A stretch of 64,000 nt of DNA. Origin: an uncultured Acidimicrobiales bacterium (GTDB lineage Bacteria > Actinomycetota > Acidimicrobiia > Acidimicrobiales > Aldehydirespiratoraceae). Below the pieces are notes generated by a model, which ran no database searches, was not told the DNA's origin, and was given only the letters and a program-made list of their open reading frames with translations. Location of the stretch: positions 1,396,277-1,460,276 of the forward strand of contig CATQHS010000001.1 of NCBI GenBank assembly GCA_958296055.1, written 5' to 3'. The position numbers were made by a program, and so were the translations under genes. Positions 28,958 to 37,099 of this stretch are shown piece by piece. Position 1 is the stretch's first letter. Each line of letters begins with the position of its first letter.

Positions 28958-29995
28958 ATGCCCGGCACCGGCCCGGCCGTAGAATCCGAGGCTCTTGTGA
29001 TCCCCCTGGACGGCCCCTTCTACGACCAACTCCGAGTGGGCGAGGAGCTGCCCTGCCAGCCCCCGGTCGTCATCGACGAGGGCATGGCCGCGCTCTACCA
29101 GTCGATCGTGGGCGAGCGGCTCCCGATGGCGCTCGACCCCGGGACCGCCCGGGCCGTCACCGGCCGGACCGGCAAGCTGGCCAGCCCCGGCCTGGTCATG
29201 CAGCTCTCGATCGGGCAGAGCACCACCGTCAGCCGGCGGGTGATCGCCAACCTCTTCTACCGGCGGGTGCGGCTGCTGCGGCCAGTGTTCGTCGGGGAGT
29301 CGATCGCCACCGCCGTGACCGTCGCCGCCCTGTCCGACAGCCGGGCTCGCCCGGGCCGGGCCCACCGGGGCAAGGTGCTGGTGGACGTGGTCACCACCGC
29401 CGACGGAGAGCCGGCCGTCACTTACCAGCGGGCCCCGATGCTGCCCCAGAGCGGCGACCGCCGGCCCGGTCACGCCGACGACTTGGGCGGGCACCCCGAA
29501 CTCGACTTGGCCGACTACGCCGGGCTCGTTCCCGCAAGCTGGAACTTCGAGCCGCTCGGCCCGGCCACCGGCTGGGAGGTGGGCACCACCGTGGTCGACC
29601 CGACCCGGGACGTGATCGACGGCGCCACCGCGCTGGTCCGCCTCACCCACAACCTAGCCATGGCCCACCGCGACGCCGCCCGCTCCCCCTACCCGCGGCG
29701 ACTGGTGTACGGCGGCCACGTGGTGGGCCTGGCTCAGGCCTCGCTGTCGCGGGTTCTGACGGGCATGGCCACCGTGGTGGGCTGGCACGCCTGCGACCAC
29801 ACCGGCCCCGCCTTCGAGGGCGACCAGGTGTGGTTCCGCCACACCCTGTTGGGTGCGGCGGAGGCCGAAGCGGGCCGGGCCTACGCCGTGCGGGTCGAGG
29901 GCTTCGCCTGCCGAGAAGAAGCCACCGAGTCCGATACAGAGGCCGAGGCCGATCCAAAGATTCTCGACTGGACCGTCATAGCCGCCGCCCCCTGA
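28958..29995 (+). CDS. MaoC-like double hot-dog (enoyl-CoA) hydratase/dehydratase
   Basis: 345 aa. The two-hot-dog arrangement resembles mesaconyl-CoA/itaconyl-CoA hydratase-type proteins (..NLFYRRVRLLRPVFVGESI.. and ..RLVYGGHVVGLAQASL..). The start is uncertain. Confidence 0.6.
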   Translation: MPGTGPAVESEALVIPLDGPFYDQLRVGEELPCQPPVVIDEGMAALYQSIVGERLPMALDPGTARAVTGRTGKLASPGLVMQLSIGQSTTVSRRVIANLFYRRVRLLRPVFVGESIATAVTVAALSDSRARPGRAHRGKVLVDVVTTADGEPAVTYQRAPMLPQSGDRRPGHADDLGGHPELDLADYAGLVPASWNFEPLGPATGWEVGTTVVDPTRDVIDGATALVRLTHNLAMAHRDAARSPYPRRLVYGGHVVGLAQASLSRVLTGMATVVGWHACDHTGPAFEGDQVWFRHTLLGAAEAEAGRAYAVRVEGFACREEATESDTEAEADPKILDWTVIAAAP

Positions 29996-30028
29996 CCGGC
30001 CCAGCCGCCCGACGGTCCGGCCGGAGCC

Positions 30029-30430
30029 TCAGTCCGGGCTCGTCACCGTCCAGCCCCGGGCCTCAGCCGCCCGCGAGAGCCGATGGTCGTAGCACACGAA
30101 GCGGGCGAGGCTGTCACCCAGCAGTGAGGCGCTGGCCAGGTGGACGGCATCGAGGGAGCGGATCTCCGCCGGCTCGAGCGTTGCCGCCTGGGCGAGGACC
30201 TGGTCGCTCACCCGGATGAGGTCGATCCGGCTCAACGCGTCGGCCGCGGCTCGCAAGGCCCCCGACCCCAGGTGCAAGACGGCCCGGGCCACCTCGACTC
30301 GGGCCAGCGCGCTCGACGCCAGGGGCTGCCGGAGCCTCAGATGCCGGCGAAGCGCCTCCGACTCCGGTTCGCGCACTACCAGCTTCACGATGGCCGACGA
30401 GTCGAGATAGGCGACCCGCTCAGCGCTCAT
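30029..30430 (-). CDS. vapC: VapC-type PIN-domain toxin (module 1)
   Basis: PIN acidic residues appear in context: YLDSSAIVKL, ..E.. and LDAVHLASA. The C-terminal part reads YDHRL. The gene overlaps the antitoxin by 11 nt. Confidence 0.88.
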   Translation of the reverse strand: MSAERVAYLDSSAIVKLVVREPESEALRRHLRLRQPLASSALARVEVARAVLHLGSGALRAAADALSRIDLIRVSDQVLAQAATLEPAEIRSLDAVHLASASLLGDSLARFVCYDHRLSRAAEARGWTVTSPD

Positions 30431-30695
30431 CGGCCCTCAGGGCCGCGAGGATGGCCGAGGGCAGCTCCTGGCCCAGCTCGATCTCGAGCGGTTCGCCCAA
30501 GTCGTCCAGCCCGGCGGTCGCCGATTCCAGCCCGTTGGCGGCGCGGAGTTTCTCCAGCGGGGTGGCGTCGGGCATCGGGCTCAACAACGCCACCGGCCTG
30601 CCCCGGTCGGTCACCTGGATCGTCTCGCCGGCCTCAACCCTTCTCAGAAACTCGCTCGCTCGCTGACGGAGCTCGCGCACACCAATCGAGTCCAT
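30420..30695 (-). CDS. Phd/YefM-family antitoxin (module 1)
   Basis: MDSIGVRELRQRASEFLRRVEAGETIQVTDRGRPVALLSP is a canonical Phd/YefM N-terminal domain. Confidence 0.88.
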   Translation of the reverse strand: MDSIGVRELRQRASEFLRRVEAGETIQVTDRGRPVALLSPMPDATPLEKLRAANGLESATAGLDDLGEPLEIELGQELPSAILAALRADER

Positions 30696-30714
30696 GTGCT
30701 ACTTATAGCACATG
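30693..30714. promoter_or_regulatory. Perfect 9-bp inverted repeat (4-nt spacer) overlapping the -10 box and the antitoxin ATG; putative TA operator and leaderless promoter
   Basis: The sequence is catgtgcta-ctta-tagcacatg. On the minus strand it reads TATAAG-N6-ATG, where the ATG is the antitoxin start at 30695. Confidence 0.55.
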
Positions 30715-30746
30715 GATTCATGTGGGCGGCGCGCCTTGTCCGGGCG

Positions 30747-31403
30747 TCAAGCGGGCCCATTCCGTCGGGCTGCTGCTTCAAGGACGGCTTCGTAGAAAAC
30801 TTGGAAGCTACGAGAGGTCGACCGATTCGGATCTATTCGTTCACCGATCTTGCGGGCGGCCTCACGTTTGCGCAACCCTCCGGGAAACTCCGATCTCATT
30901 ACTTTTTCAAAGGCTTCCCAGGTACCTTCTTTGATGGCATCAGGATCTCGAAACTTCGGGCGTTTTGATGGATCTGCAGGTGCGTTCTCGTAAGCAGCAC
31001 GAACCGCCTCCCAGTCACCGAAGTACCATGCCTCCAGCTCTTCAATCACGATACGATTGACAAGCTGCCAATTGTCGCTAGTAGAGGTACGAGTGATGAG
31101 ACCAGCCTCCTTGGCGATGCCTTCAAGCTCACCTTTTAGAACATGGCAATCTTCGGAGTCCCGATCCAAAACAACGAAGAGCCGGTGCCCAGAGAGTAAG
31201 GATCGTTTAAGGCCGTACAAGCGCTCAAGCAACTTCTTCTTAAGATCGCGTTTACCTGAGAACGCTATAATATCAAATGTGGCATCTTCAGGCAAATAAC
31301 GAGGGAGTAGGCCGTTTAGGAAGTCTTTCATTGACGGTTCTTCTACCAAGAATCTCAAATGCCGCATTGTGTCCGATGTGACACCTCTTGTCGCTGGCGT
31401 CAT
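30747..31403 (-). CDS. DUF4276-like protein with Toprim-type acidic motifs (putative nuclease partner of the upstream ATPase)
   Basis: Motifs are LRFLVEEPSMKDFLNGLL (conserved Glu), LFVVLDRDSEDC (DxD-type) and VIEELEAWYFGDWEAV. ATG 31403 overlaps the ATPase stop (ATGA). The alternative start ATG 31367 gives MRHLRFLVEE. G+C is low. Confidence 0.7.
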   Translation of the reverse strand: MTPATRGVTSDTMRHLRFLVEEPSMKDFLNGLLPRYLPEDATFDIIAFSGKRDLKKKLLERLYGLKRSLLSGHRLFVVLDRDSEDCHVLKGELEGIAKEAGLITRTSTSDNWQLVNRIVIEELEAWYFGDWEAVRAAYENAPADPSKRPKFRDPDAIKEGTWEAFEKVMRSEFPGGLRKREAARKIGERIDPNRSTSRSFQVFYEAVLEAAARRNGPA

Positions 31404-32620
31404 AGGCGCGTCAACGGGTCTCCGACACCAAACCATCCTTCGGTCCACAGGTTGCCGAGCAGACCACCCGCCGTCATCAGGTCTGAAATGCCCTCAATAT
31501 CAGAGGCTCGGCGCACGTTAGTGTAACCGTTGTCATCGCGCCACAGGATGCGCACCTCTTCGGGCCTGAGGCCGTCGATAAAGAACGGCGAGTGAGTGGT
31601 TACCAACAGTTGCGTGGAGCCCAAAACGGAGCGGCACTCCTCCGCTAGAACTGGCAGCAGGCTAGGGTGCAGGAAGTTTTCAGGTTCCTCAATACCTATG
31701 AAAGGATATGAGTGAGATCCGTGTAGAAGAATGAGGTAGGCAAGCATTTTAAGAGTACCATCTGACGCATACTTAGCCAGAATTGGTTCGTCAAATGGAG
31801 CGTCAACAAACTGCAAAAGCAGGCGTCCATCCTTCATCGGTTCGGCCATCACATCGGAGATGAGTGGTACCCGCTTGGCTAGTTTTTCGATTATACCACC
31901 GAGAAGAAGTGGCTCTCTCTCTCGAAGATATTGAACAACGTTGGCCAGATTGTCACCCGCGCGCGTAAGCTTCTCGTTCGGCCCGCTCTCAGGCTGATCG
32001 CGACCTGCTTCCGCAGCCAGATAGGAAGTATGCCAGCCTGTGATGAAGTCACGAAGCCCTGCCACGCGCGGATGAGTGGAGAATTGGCCCAAGGCATTAA
32101 CAGCCAAAAGATCAGGGGACTGAAGCTTGAAGGGAACGCGTTCACCCATCTCGTCTGGTAGTTCGCCGCTGATAGCTTTTCCGCTGCCCCCATGAAATTC
32201 AAGAAATCCAAACGGTGCCCCCCATTGCTTCCGTCTCCAGCCCAGCCATTCATGCACTACCACCGGTCTGCCCCTGATCTCGTCGAGTTCAAGGCGATAC
32301 GTGATCCGAGGACTTACAGTGCTATCTGGCTCTGGAGGTCGCTCGCGGTACTTGATCTTAATCTCTATGGGGCCAGACGAGCCTCGCGATTTGATCTCTC
32401 GCACCCGTCCCCGCCTGTCCCAAGCGCGGCGCAGGTCATCTTCAAAACACTCGGACAAGAACGCGAACACGTCAAAGACAGTGGACTTGCCGCTGCCATT
32501 CGGGCCGACCAGAACGGTCAGCGGAGTCAGCTCTTTGAGATCAATTCTCTTTAGCGCCCGGAAATTGCGGACGCTGAGCGACTCGATCCGAGGTGGACCT
32601 TCGGGGTTCGGCCTCGCCAT
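31400..32620 (-). CDS. ABC-type (AAA_21/OLD-like) ATPase
   Basis: The start is ATG 32620. Walker A is VGPNGSGKST, the signature-like motif is ASDGTLKML, Walker B is FIGIEEPENFLHP, and the H-loop is LLVTTHSP. The gene is 406 aa and visibly lower in G+C than the flanks. Confidence 0.85.
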   Translation of the reverse strand: MARPNPEGPPRIESLSVRNFRALKRIDLKELTPLTVLVGPNGSGKSTVFDVFAFLSECFEDDLRRAWDRRGRVREIKSRGSSGPIEIKIKYRERPPEPDSTVSPRITYRLELDEIRGRPVVVHEWLGWRRKQWGAPFGFLEFHGGSGKAISGELPDEMGERVPFKLQSPDLLAVNALGQFSTHPRVAGLRDFITGWHTSYLAAEAGRDQPESGPNEKLTRAGDNLANVVQYLREREPLLLGGIIEKLAKRVPLISDVMAEPMKDGRLLLQFVDAPFDEPILAKYASDGTLKMLAYLILLHGSHSYPFIGIEEPENFLHPSLLPVLAEECRSVLGSTQLLVTTHSPFFIDGLRPEEVRILWRDDNGYTNVRRASDIEGISDLMTAGGLLGNLWTEGWFGVGDPLTRL

Positions 32621-32658
32621 TTCGGTCAGCGTACTGACGTTTCGAACCCGGCTTGACG

Positions 32659-33342
32659 CTACTCGCGGCTGCCGATCTCGGTGTTGAGCCAGGCGACGAG
32701 CTGCTGCTGGTTGCGGGTCTGCACCAAGACGTCGCCGGGGCCGCTGAAGTGGAACACGAACCCCTCGCCGGACTTGGCCGACTGGATGGAGCGGCCCTCC
32801 ACCGCCCGGCGCAGCTCGTAGCTCACGGTGTCGACGAAGGCCAGCATGTGGTTGGTGTCCACCACCACGGTCTCGCCCGCGGCCAGCGACATGACCTCGA
32901 TGGCGCCGTACGACGCGGCCAGGGCCTTGCCCACCCCGGTGGCGTGGATCATGAACCCGCCCTCGCCGCCGATCAGCGACTTGAACCCGCCCCACTTGGT
33001 GTCGATCTCCACCGACGCGTCCGAGGCCAGCCAGTTGCCCCGCTCGATGATCCAAGACCTCGAGCCGTCCAGCTCCAGGACGCAGACGTCGCCGGGCAGC
33101 TTGGCCGCCACGTCCACCCATCCCCCGCCAGCCGGGGCGGTGTAGGTGGAGACGAACAGGGACTCGCCCCCCAGCACGCTGCGCTTCAGTCCCTTGAAGA
33201 GACCGCCCTCCATCTTGGCCTCGAGATGCATGCCGTAGGAGTGGGCCATCATGGCCCCGGCCTCCACCTTCACCTGCTGGCCCCCGTTCAGGGTGCATCT
33301 GGCCACCCCGAAGCTGGGTGCATGTCTGATGTCAACTTCCAT
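32659..33342 (-). CDS. TIGR00266/AIM24 (DUF124) family protein
   Basis: 227 aa with an AIM24-like pattern (..GAMMAHS....LEAKMEGG..KGLKRSVLGGESLF...Y.A....V..A...PG.....L.). Confidence 0.7.
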   Translation of the reverse strand: MEVDIRHAPSFGVARCTLNGGQQVKVEAGAMMAHSYGMHLEAKMEGGLFKGLKRSVLGGESLFVSTYTAPAGGGWVDVAAKLPGDVCVLELDGSRSWIIERGNWLASDASVEIDTKWGGFKSLIGGEGGFMIHATGVGKALAASYGAIEVMSLAAGETVVVDTNHMLAFVDTVSYELRRAVEGRSIQSAKSGEGFVFHFSGPGDVLVQTRNQQQLVAWLNTEIGSRE

Positions 33343-33436
33343 GGCCGCACCCTAACAGCCCCGGCCGCCGCCGCCGAAAGCCGGGAACCGGCACCGGCTC
33401 GGCCGGCGGCCGGGCAGGCGAACCCGACCGTGTGGT

Positions 33437-33456
33437 AACTTTGACCTGATCAAACT
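33437..33456. promoter_or_regulatory. Operator-like site AACTTTGACCTGATCAAACT (TTTGA-N5-TCAAA)
   Basis: It lies 52 nt upstream of the ABC binding-protein ATG. It matches the site at 43799-43818 at 17 of 20 positions. Confidence 0.5.
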
Positions 33457-33507
33457 ATTCGGCCCGCCAGGCCCGGTGGGACGACCACCATGGAGGGGAT
33501 TAATCGA

Positions 33508-34617
33508 ATGACCGACAACCAGTACTCACGGCGCAGGTTCCTGGGCGGGACCGCGGCCGGCACCGGCCTGCTCCTCGGCGGCGGGGGCATTCTGGCCGCG
33601 TGCGGCAACGACGACGACGAAGCCCCGGCCGCCACCACCGCCGCCCCGGCCGCCACCACCGCCGCGGCGGCGCCCGCCGCCACCACCACTACCGCGGCCC
33701 CGATGAAAAGCGTCAACTTCCAGTTGAGCTGGCTCGACTCGGTCCAGTTCGGCGGCTCCTACATCGCCGACGAGCGGGGCTACTACAACCGCTTCGGCCT
33801 CGACGTCAGCCTCACCCCCGGCGGGCCCGGCGCCCCGGTCGATCCCCCGGTGATCGCCGGCCAAGCCGTCATGGGCATCTCGGCCGCCAACTTCGCCGGC
33901 GCTTCGGTGGCCCAGGGGGCGCCGTTCAAGATCGTGGGTGTGGCCATGCAGCAAAACCCGTTCGTGATCGCCTCCCTGACCGAGAACCCGGTGACCCAGC
34001 CCAAAGACCTGGAGGGCAAGAAGCTGGGGATGGCCTTCAACAACCAGCTCGACCTCGACCTGCTGGCCAGCCTCAACAACGTCGATCTGAGCCGGGTGGA
34101 GGTCATCCCCAGCGACTACGACCCGGCCCCGCTGGTGAACGGCGAGGTCGACTGCCTGCTGTGCTGGCTCACCGACCTGCCCGTGGCCATGACGGTCAAG
34201 GGCATCGACAACACCACCATGCTCTTCGCCGACTACGGCTACGCGGTGCACAGCCAGACCTACATCGTGCTCGAAGACACCCTGACCAACGACCGGGACA
34301 CGGTCCTCGGGCTGCTCAAAGGCGAGATCCTGGGCTGGCAGGAGCACAAGGTCAACCCCACCGCGGCCGCGGTGCGAACCGTGAACCGGTTCCCCGACGC
34401 CGGTCTCGACCTGGAGACGGAGACGCTCAAGGCCTCGGAGTTCCTCAAGCTCATGTTCAGCGAGGTCACCGACGCCAACGGGTTCCTGTGGTGGACCGAC
34501 GAGTCCGTCCAGGACAACATCCAGACGCTGCAGGCGCTCGGCGTGGAAGTGACCGCGGACCTGTGGGACCGGTCGCTGCTGGAGGAAATATTCGCCGACG
34601 GTCCGGTGCTGGTGTGA
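33508..34617 (+). CDS. ABC transporter substrate-binding protein, NMT1/THI5 (SsuA/TauA-like) family, Tat signal
   Basis: The twin-arginine motif is YSRRRFLGGTAAG. An Ala/Thr linker follows, then NFQLSWLDSVQFGGSYIADERGYY. An alternative start lies at 33490. Confidence 0.8.
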   Translation: MTDNQYSRRRFLGGTAAGTGLLLGGGGILAACGNDDDEAPAATTAAPAATTAAAAPAATTTTAAPMKSVNFQLSWLDSVQFGGSYIADERGYYNRFGLDVSLTPGGPGAPVDPPVIAGQAVMGISAANFAGASVAQGAPFKIVGVAMQQNPFVIASLTENPVTQPKDLEGKKLGMAFNNQLDLDLLASLNNVDLSRVEVIPSDYDPAPLVNGEVDCLLCWLTDLPVAMTVKGIDNTTMLFADYGYAVHSQTYIVLEDTLTNDRDTVLGLLKGEILGWQEHKVNPTAAAVRTVNRFPDAGLDLETETLKASEFLKLMFSEVTDANGFLWWTDESVQDNIQTLQALGVEVTADLWDRSLLEEIFADGPVLV

Positions 34618-34636
34618 CGGGCCGCCCGGCGCGCCG

Positions 34637-35512
34637 GTGACCCGGCGGGGGGCGCCGGTCGACGTCGTCGGGGTCGGGCGCACCTTCGCCCTCGGCGCCG
34701 GGGAGGTCACCGCCCTGCGGGGCTTCGACCTGCATGTGCCCCCGGGCGGGTTCTGCGCCCTCATAGGCCCCTCGGGCTGCGGCAAGTCCACCGCCCTGCG
34801 GCTGGTGGCCGGGCTGGACTGGCCCGACGAGGGGTCCATCGACATGGCCGGCGCCTCGCCCGACGAGTTGCGCCGCCAGCGGCGCATCGGCGTGGCCTTC
34901 CAAGACCCCTCGCTGCTGCCCTGGCGGTCGGTGGCCGCCAACATCCGGCTGGCCCTTGAGCTGGTCGGCCGCCGCCACGAGCACGCCGCCGTCGCCGAGC
35001 TGATCGAGCTGGTCGGGCTCGGGGGGTTCGAGAAGGCCCGGCCGGCCCAGCTCTCGGGGGGAATGCGCCAGCGGGTGGCCATCGCCCGGGCCCTGGTCAC
35101 CGAACCCGACCTGCTCCTGCTCGACGAGCCCTTCGGCGCCCTCGACGCCCTGACCCGCCAGCAGCTCAACGACGAGCTCCAGCGGATATGGACGGCCCGG
35201 GGCACCACCACCCTGCTGGTGACCCACTCCATACCCGAGGCGGTGTACGTCGCCGACGAGGTGCTGGTCATGTCGCCCCGCCCGGGCCGGGTGGTGGCCC
35301 GCCACCCGGTGGCCTTCGAGCGGCCCCGGACCCGGGAGCTGCTGCTGGCCGACGAGTTCCACTCGGCGGTGCAAACGGTGTCGGCCAGCCTGCACCGCTC
35401 CGAGGGCCAAGTGGTGCAACTCGACGCCGGGGCCGACGCCGAGGCCGAGGCCGACGAAGCCGACGAGACCGGGACGGTCCCGCCCGGTGCCGACGAGGCC
35501 GGGACGGCCTGA
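34637..35512 (+). CDS. ABC transporter ATP-binding protein (NitT/TauT family)
   Basis: Walker A is GPSGCGKST, the signature is LSGGMRQRVAIARAL, and Walker B is LLLLDEPFGALD. Confidence 0.92.
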   Translation: MTRRGAPVDVVGVGRTFALGAGEVTALRGFDLHVPPGGFCALIGPSGCGKSTALRLVAGLDWPDEGSIDMAGASPDELRRQRRIGVAFQDPSLLPWRSVAANIRLALELVGRRHEHAAVAELIELVGLGGFEKARPAQLSGGMRQRVAIARALVTEPDLLLLDEPFGALDALTRQQLNDELQRIWTARGTTTLLVTHSIPEAVYVADEVLVMSPRPGRVVARHPVAFERPRTRELLLADEFHSAVQTVSASLHRSEGQVVQLDAGADAEAEADEADETGTVPPGADEAGTA

Positions 35513-35518
35513 GGCCTC

Positions 35519-37099
35519 ATGGCAGAACCGGCCGCTCGGCGCGGCCTCCCGCCGCAGGCGCTGGGCCTGGTGGTCGGCGCCGGTGTGATCCTGGCCTGGG
35601 AGCTGGCCGCCCGCACCGTGTACGCCGGCACCTACCGGCTGTCCCCGCCCACGGCGGTGACCGCCGAGTTCTTCGAGAACCAGGGCCTGTACCTGCGCAA
35701 CCTGTGGCACTCCACCCGCAGCGCGGCCTGGGGGTTCATGTGGGGGAACCTGGCCGCCATCGCCCTGGCTGTAGCCACCTCGCTGGTGCCGTGGCTGCGG
35801 CGCAGCATCGGCGCGGTGTGCCTCACCGTCTTCTGCCTGCCCTTCATCGCCTTGGCCCCGATCCTGCGGGTGATCACCGGCCCGGGCACCGGCACCCCCA
35901 TCGCCCTGTCGGCTCTGGCCGTGTTCTTCACCACCTACGTGGCCGCCCTCTTGGGCTTCGACTCGGCTCCCGGCAGCGCCCTCGACGTGATCCGCTCCCT
36001 GGGCCGGGGCCGGCTGAGCGGCTTCCGCAAGGTCCGGGTCCGGGCCTCGGTGCCGGCCATGTTCGCCGGCCTGCAGATCGCGGCCCCGGCCGCCTTCCTG
36101 GGCGCGGTGGTCGGCGAGTTCACCGGCGCCCACAAGGGCTTGGGCATTCTCACGGTCCGGGCCCTGGGGGCCCTGGAGACCGACCGGATCTGGGTGATCG
36201 CGGTGTTGTCCACCGCAGTGTCCTCCGGCGCCTACCTGATCGTGGGGGCGCTGGGGCGGCGCCTGTGCCCGTGGGCCCCGGCGCTGGATTTGGCCTCGGC
36301 CCCGGCCGCCCGCCACGAGCCCGGCCTCCTCAACCGGCTGGCGGCGCTGGCCGCCCCCATCCTGGCCGTGTTCGTGTTCTGGCTGGCGTTCCTGTGGGTG
36401 TTCCAGCTCGACCCCTACTTCGCCAAAACCCCCCTCGACGTGTGGTCGGACCTGTTCACCGAGCCCGACGCGGCCGAGACCCGGGCCTACGTGTTCGGGG
36501 CCCTGGGAACCACCCTGTGGACCACCGCATTGGGGTTCGCGCTGGGCTTGGCCGGGGCGGTGGCCGCCGCGGTGGTGTTCGTGTTGGTACCGTGGCTGGA
36601 GCGGGGCCTGATGCCGGTGGCGGTGGCGCTGCGGTCGATCCCCATAATCGTCACCACGCCGGTGATCATCGTGTTCGTGGGCCGGGGCCTGCTGACCACC
36701 ACCGCCATAGTGGCGGTCATGTCGTTCTTCCCCACCCTGGTCAACTGCTTCGCGGCCATGCGCCGCGTCCCGGACGGGATCCTCGACGTGCTCCGGTCCT
36801 ACGACGCCCGGCCCGGCGCCCAGGTGCGCAACGCCTACCTGCCCTCTGCGGTCCCGGCTCTGCTGGCCTCGGCCCGCATCGCCGTGCCCACCTCGCTGCT
36901 GGGGGCCACCGTGGCCGAGTGGCTGGCCACCGGCGACGGGATAGGGGCCATCATGATCATCGCCTACACCCAGAACAACTACGGCGTGCTGTGGGTGTCG
37001 GTGACGGTGCTGACCCTGGTGGCGGTGGTGGGCTACTGGCTGGTGGCCGCGCTGGAGCTGCGCACCCTGGAGCGCATGGCCCCCACCATGTCGCGATGA
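35519..37099 (+). CDS. ABC transporter permease (fused double permease)
   Basis: 526 aa with about 12 hydrophobic segments. The two halves each have a BPD-type permease pattern. Confidence 0.8.
   Translation: MAEPAARRGLPPQALGLVVGAGVILAWELAARTVYAGTYRLSPPTAVTAEFFENQGLYLRNLWHSTRSAAWGFMWGNLAAIALAVATSLVPWLRRSIGAVCLTVFCLPFIALAPILRVITGPGTGTPIALSALAVFFTTYVAALLGFDSAPGSALDVIRSLGRGRLSGFRKVRVRASVPAMFAGLQIAAPAAFLGAVVGEFTGAHKGLGILTVRALGALETDRIWVIAVLSTAVSSGAYLIVGALGRRLCPWAPALDLASAPAARHEPGLLNRLAALAAPILAVFVFWLAFLWVFQLDPYFAKTPLDVWSDLFTEPDAAETRAYVFGALGTTLWTTALGFALGLAGAVAAAVVFVLVPWLERGLMPVAVALRSIPIIVTTPVIIVFVGRGLLTTTAIVAVMSFFPTLVNCFAAMRRVPDGILDVLRSYDARPGAQVRNAYLPSAVPALLASARIAVPTSLLGATVAEWLATGDGIGAIMIIAYTQNNYGVLWVSVTVLTLVAVVGYWLVAALELRTLERMAPTMSR

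Noticed and set aside
30696-30968. A 90-aa plus-strand ORF starting at the TA palindrome.
   Set aside because: It lies antisense to the 3' end of the DUF4276-like gene, has no recognisable motifs, and starts inside the operator palindrome.
33343-33507. A possible TPP riboswitch upstream of the NMT1/THI5-like binding protein (the ACCTGATC element).
   Set aside because: The CTGAGA element and the pairing partners of the TPP aptamer are absent. The AT-rich element is better explained as the TTTGA-N5-TCAAA operator that is also found at 43.8 kb.
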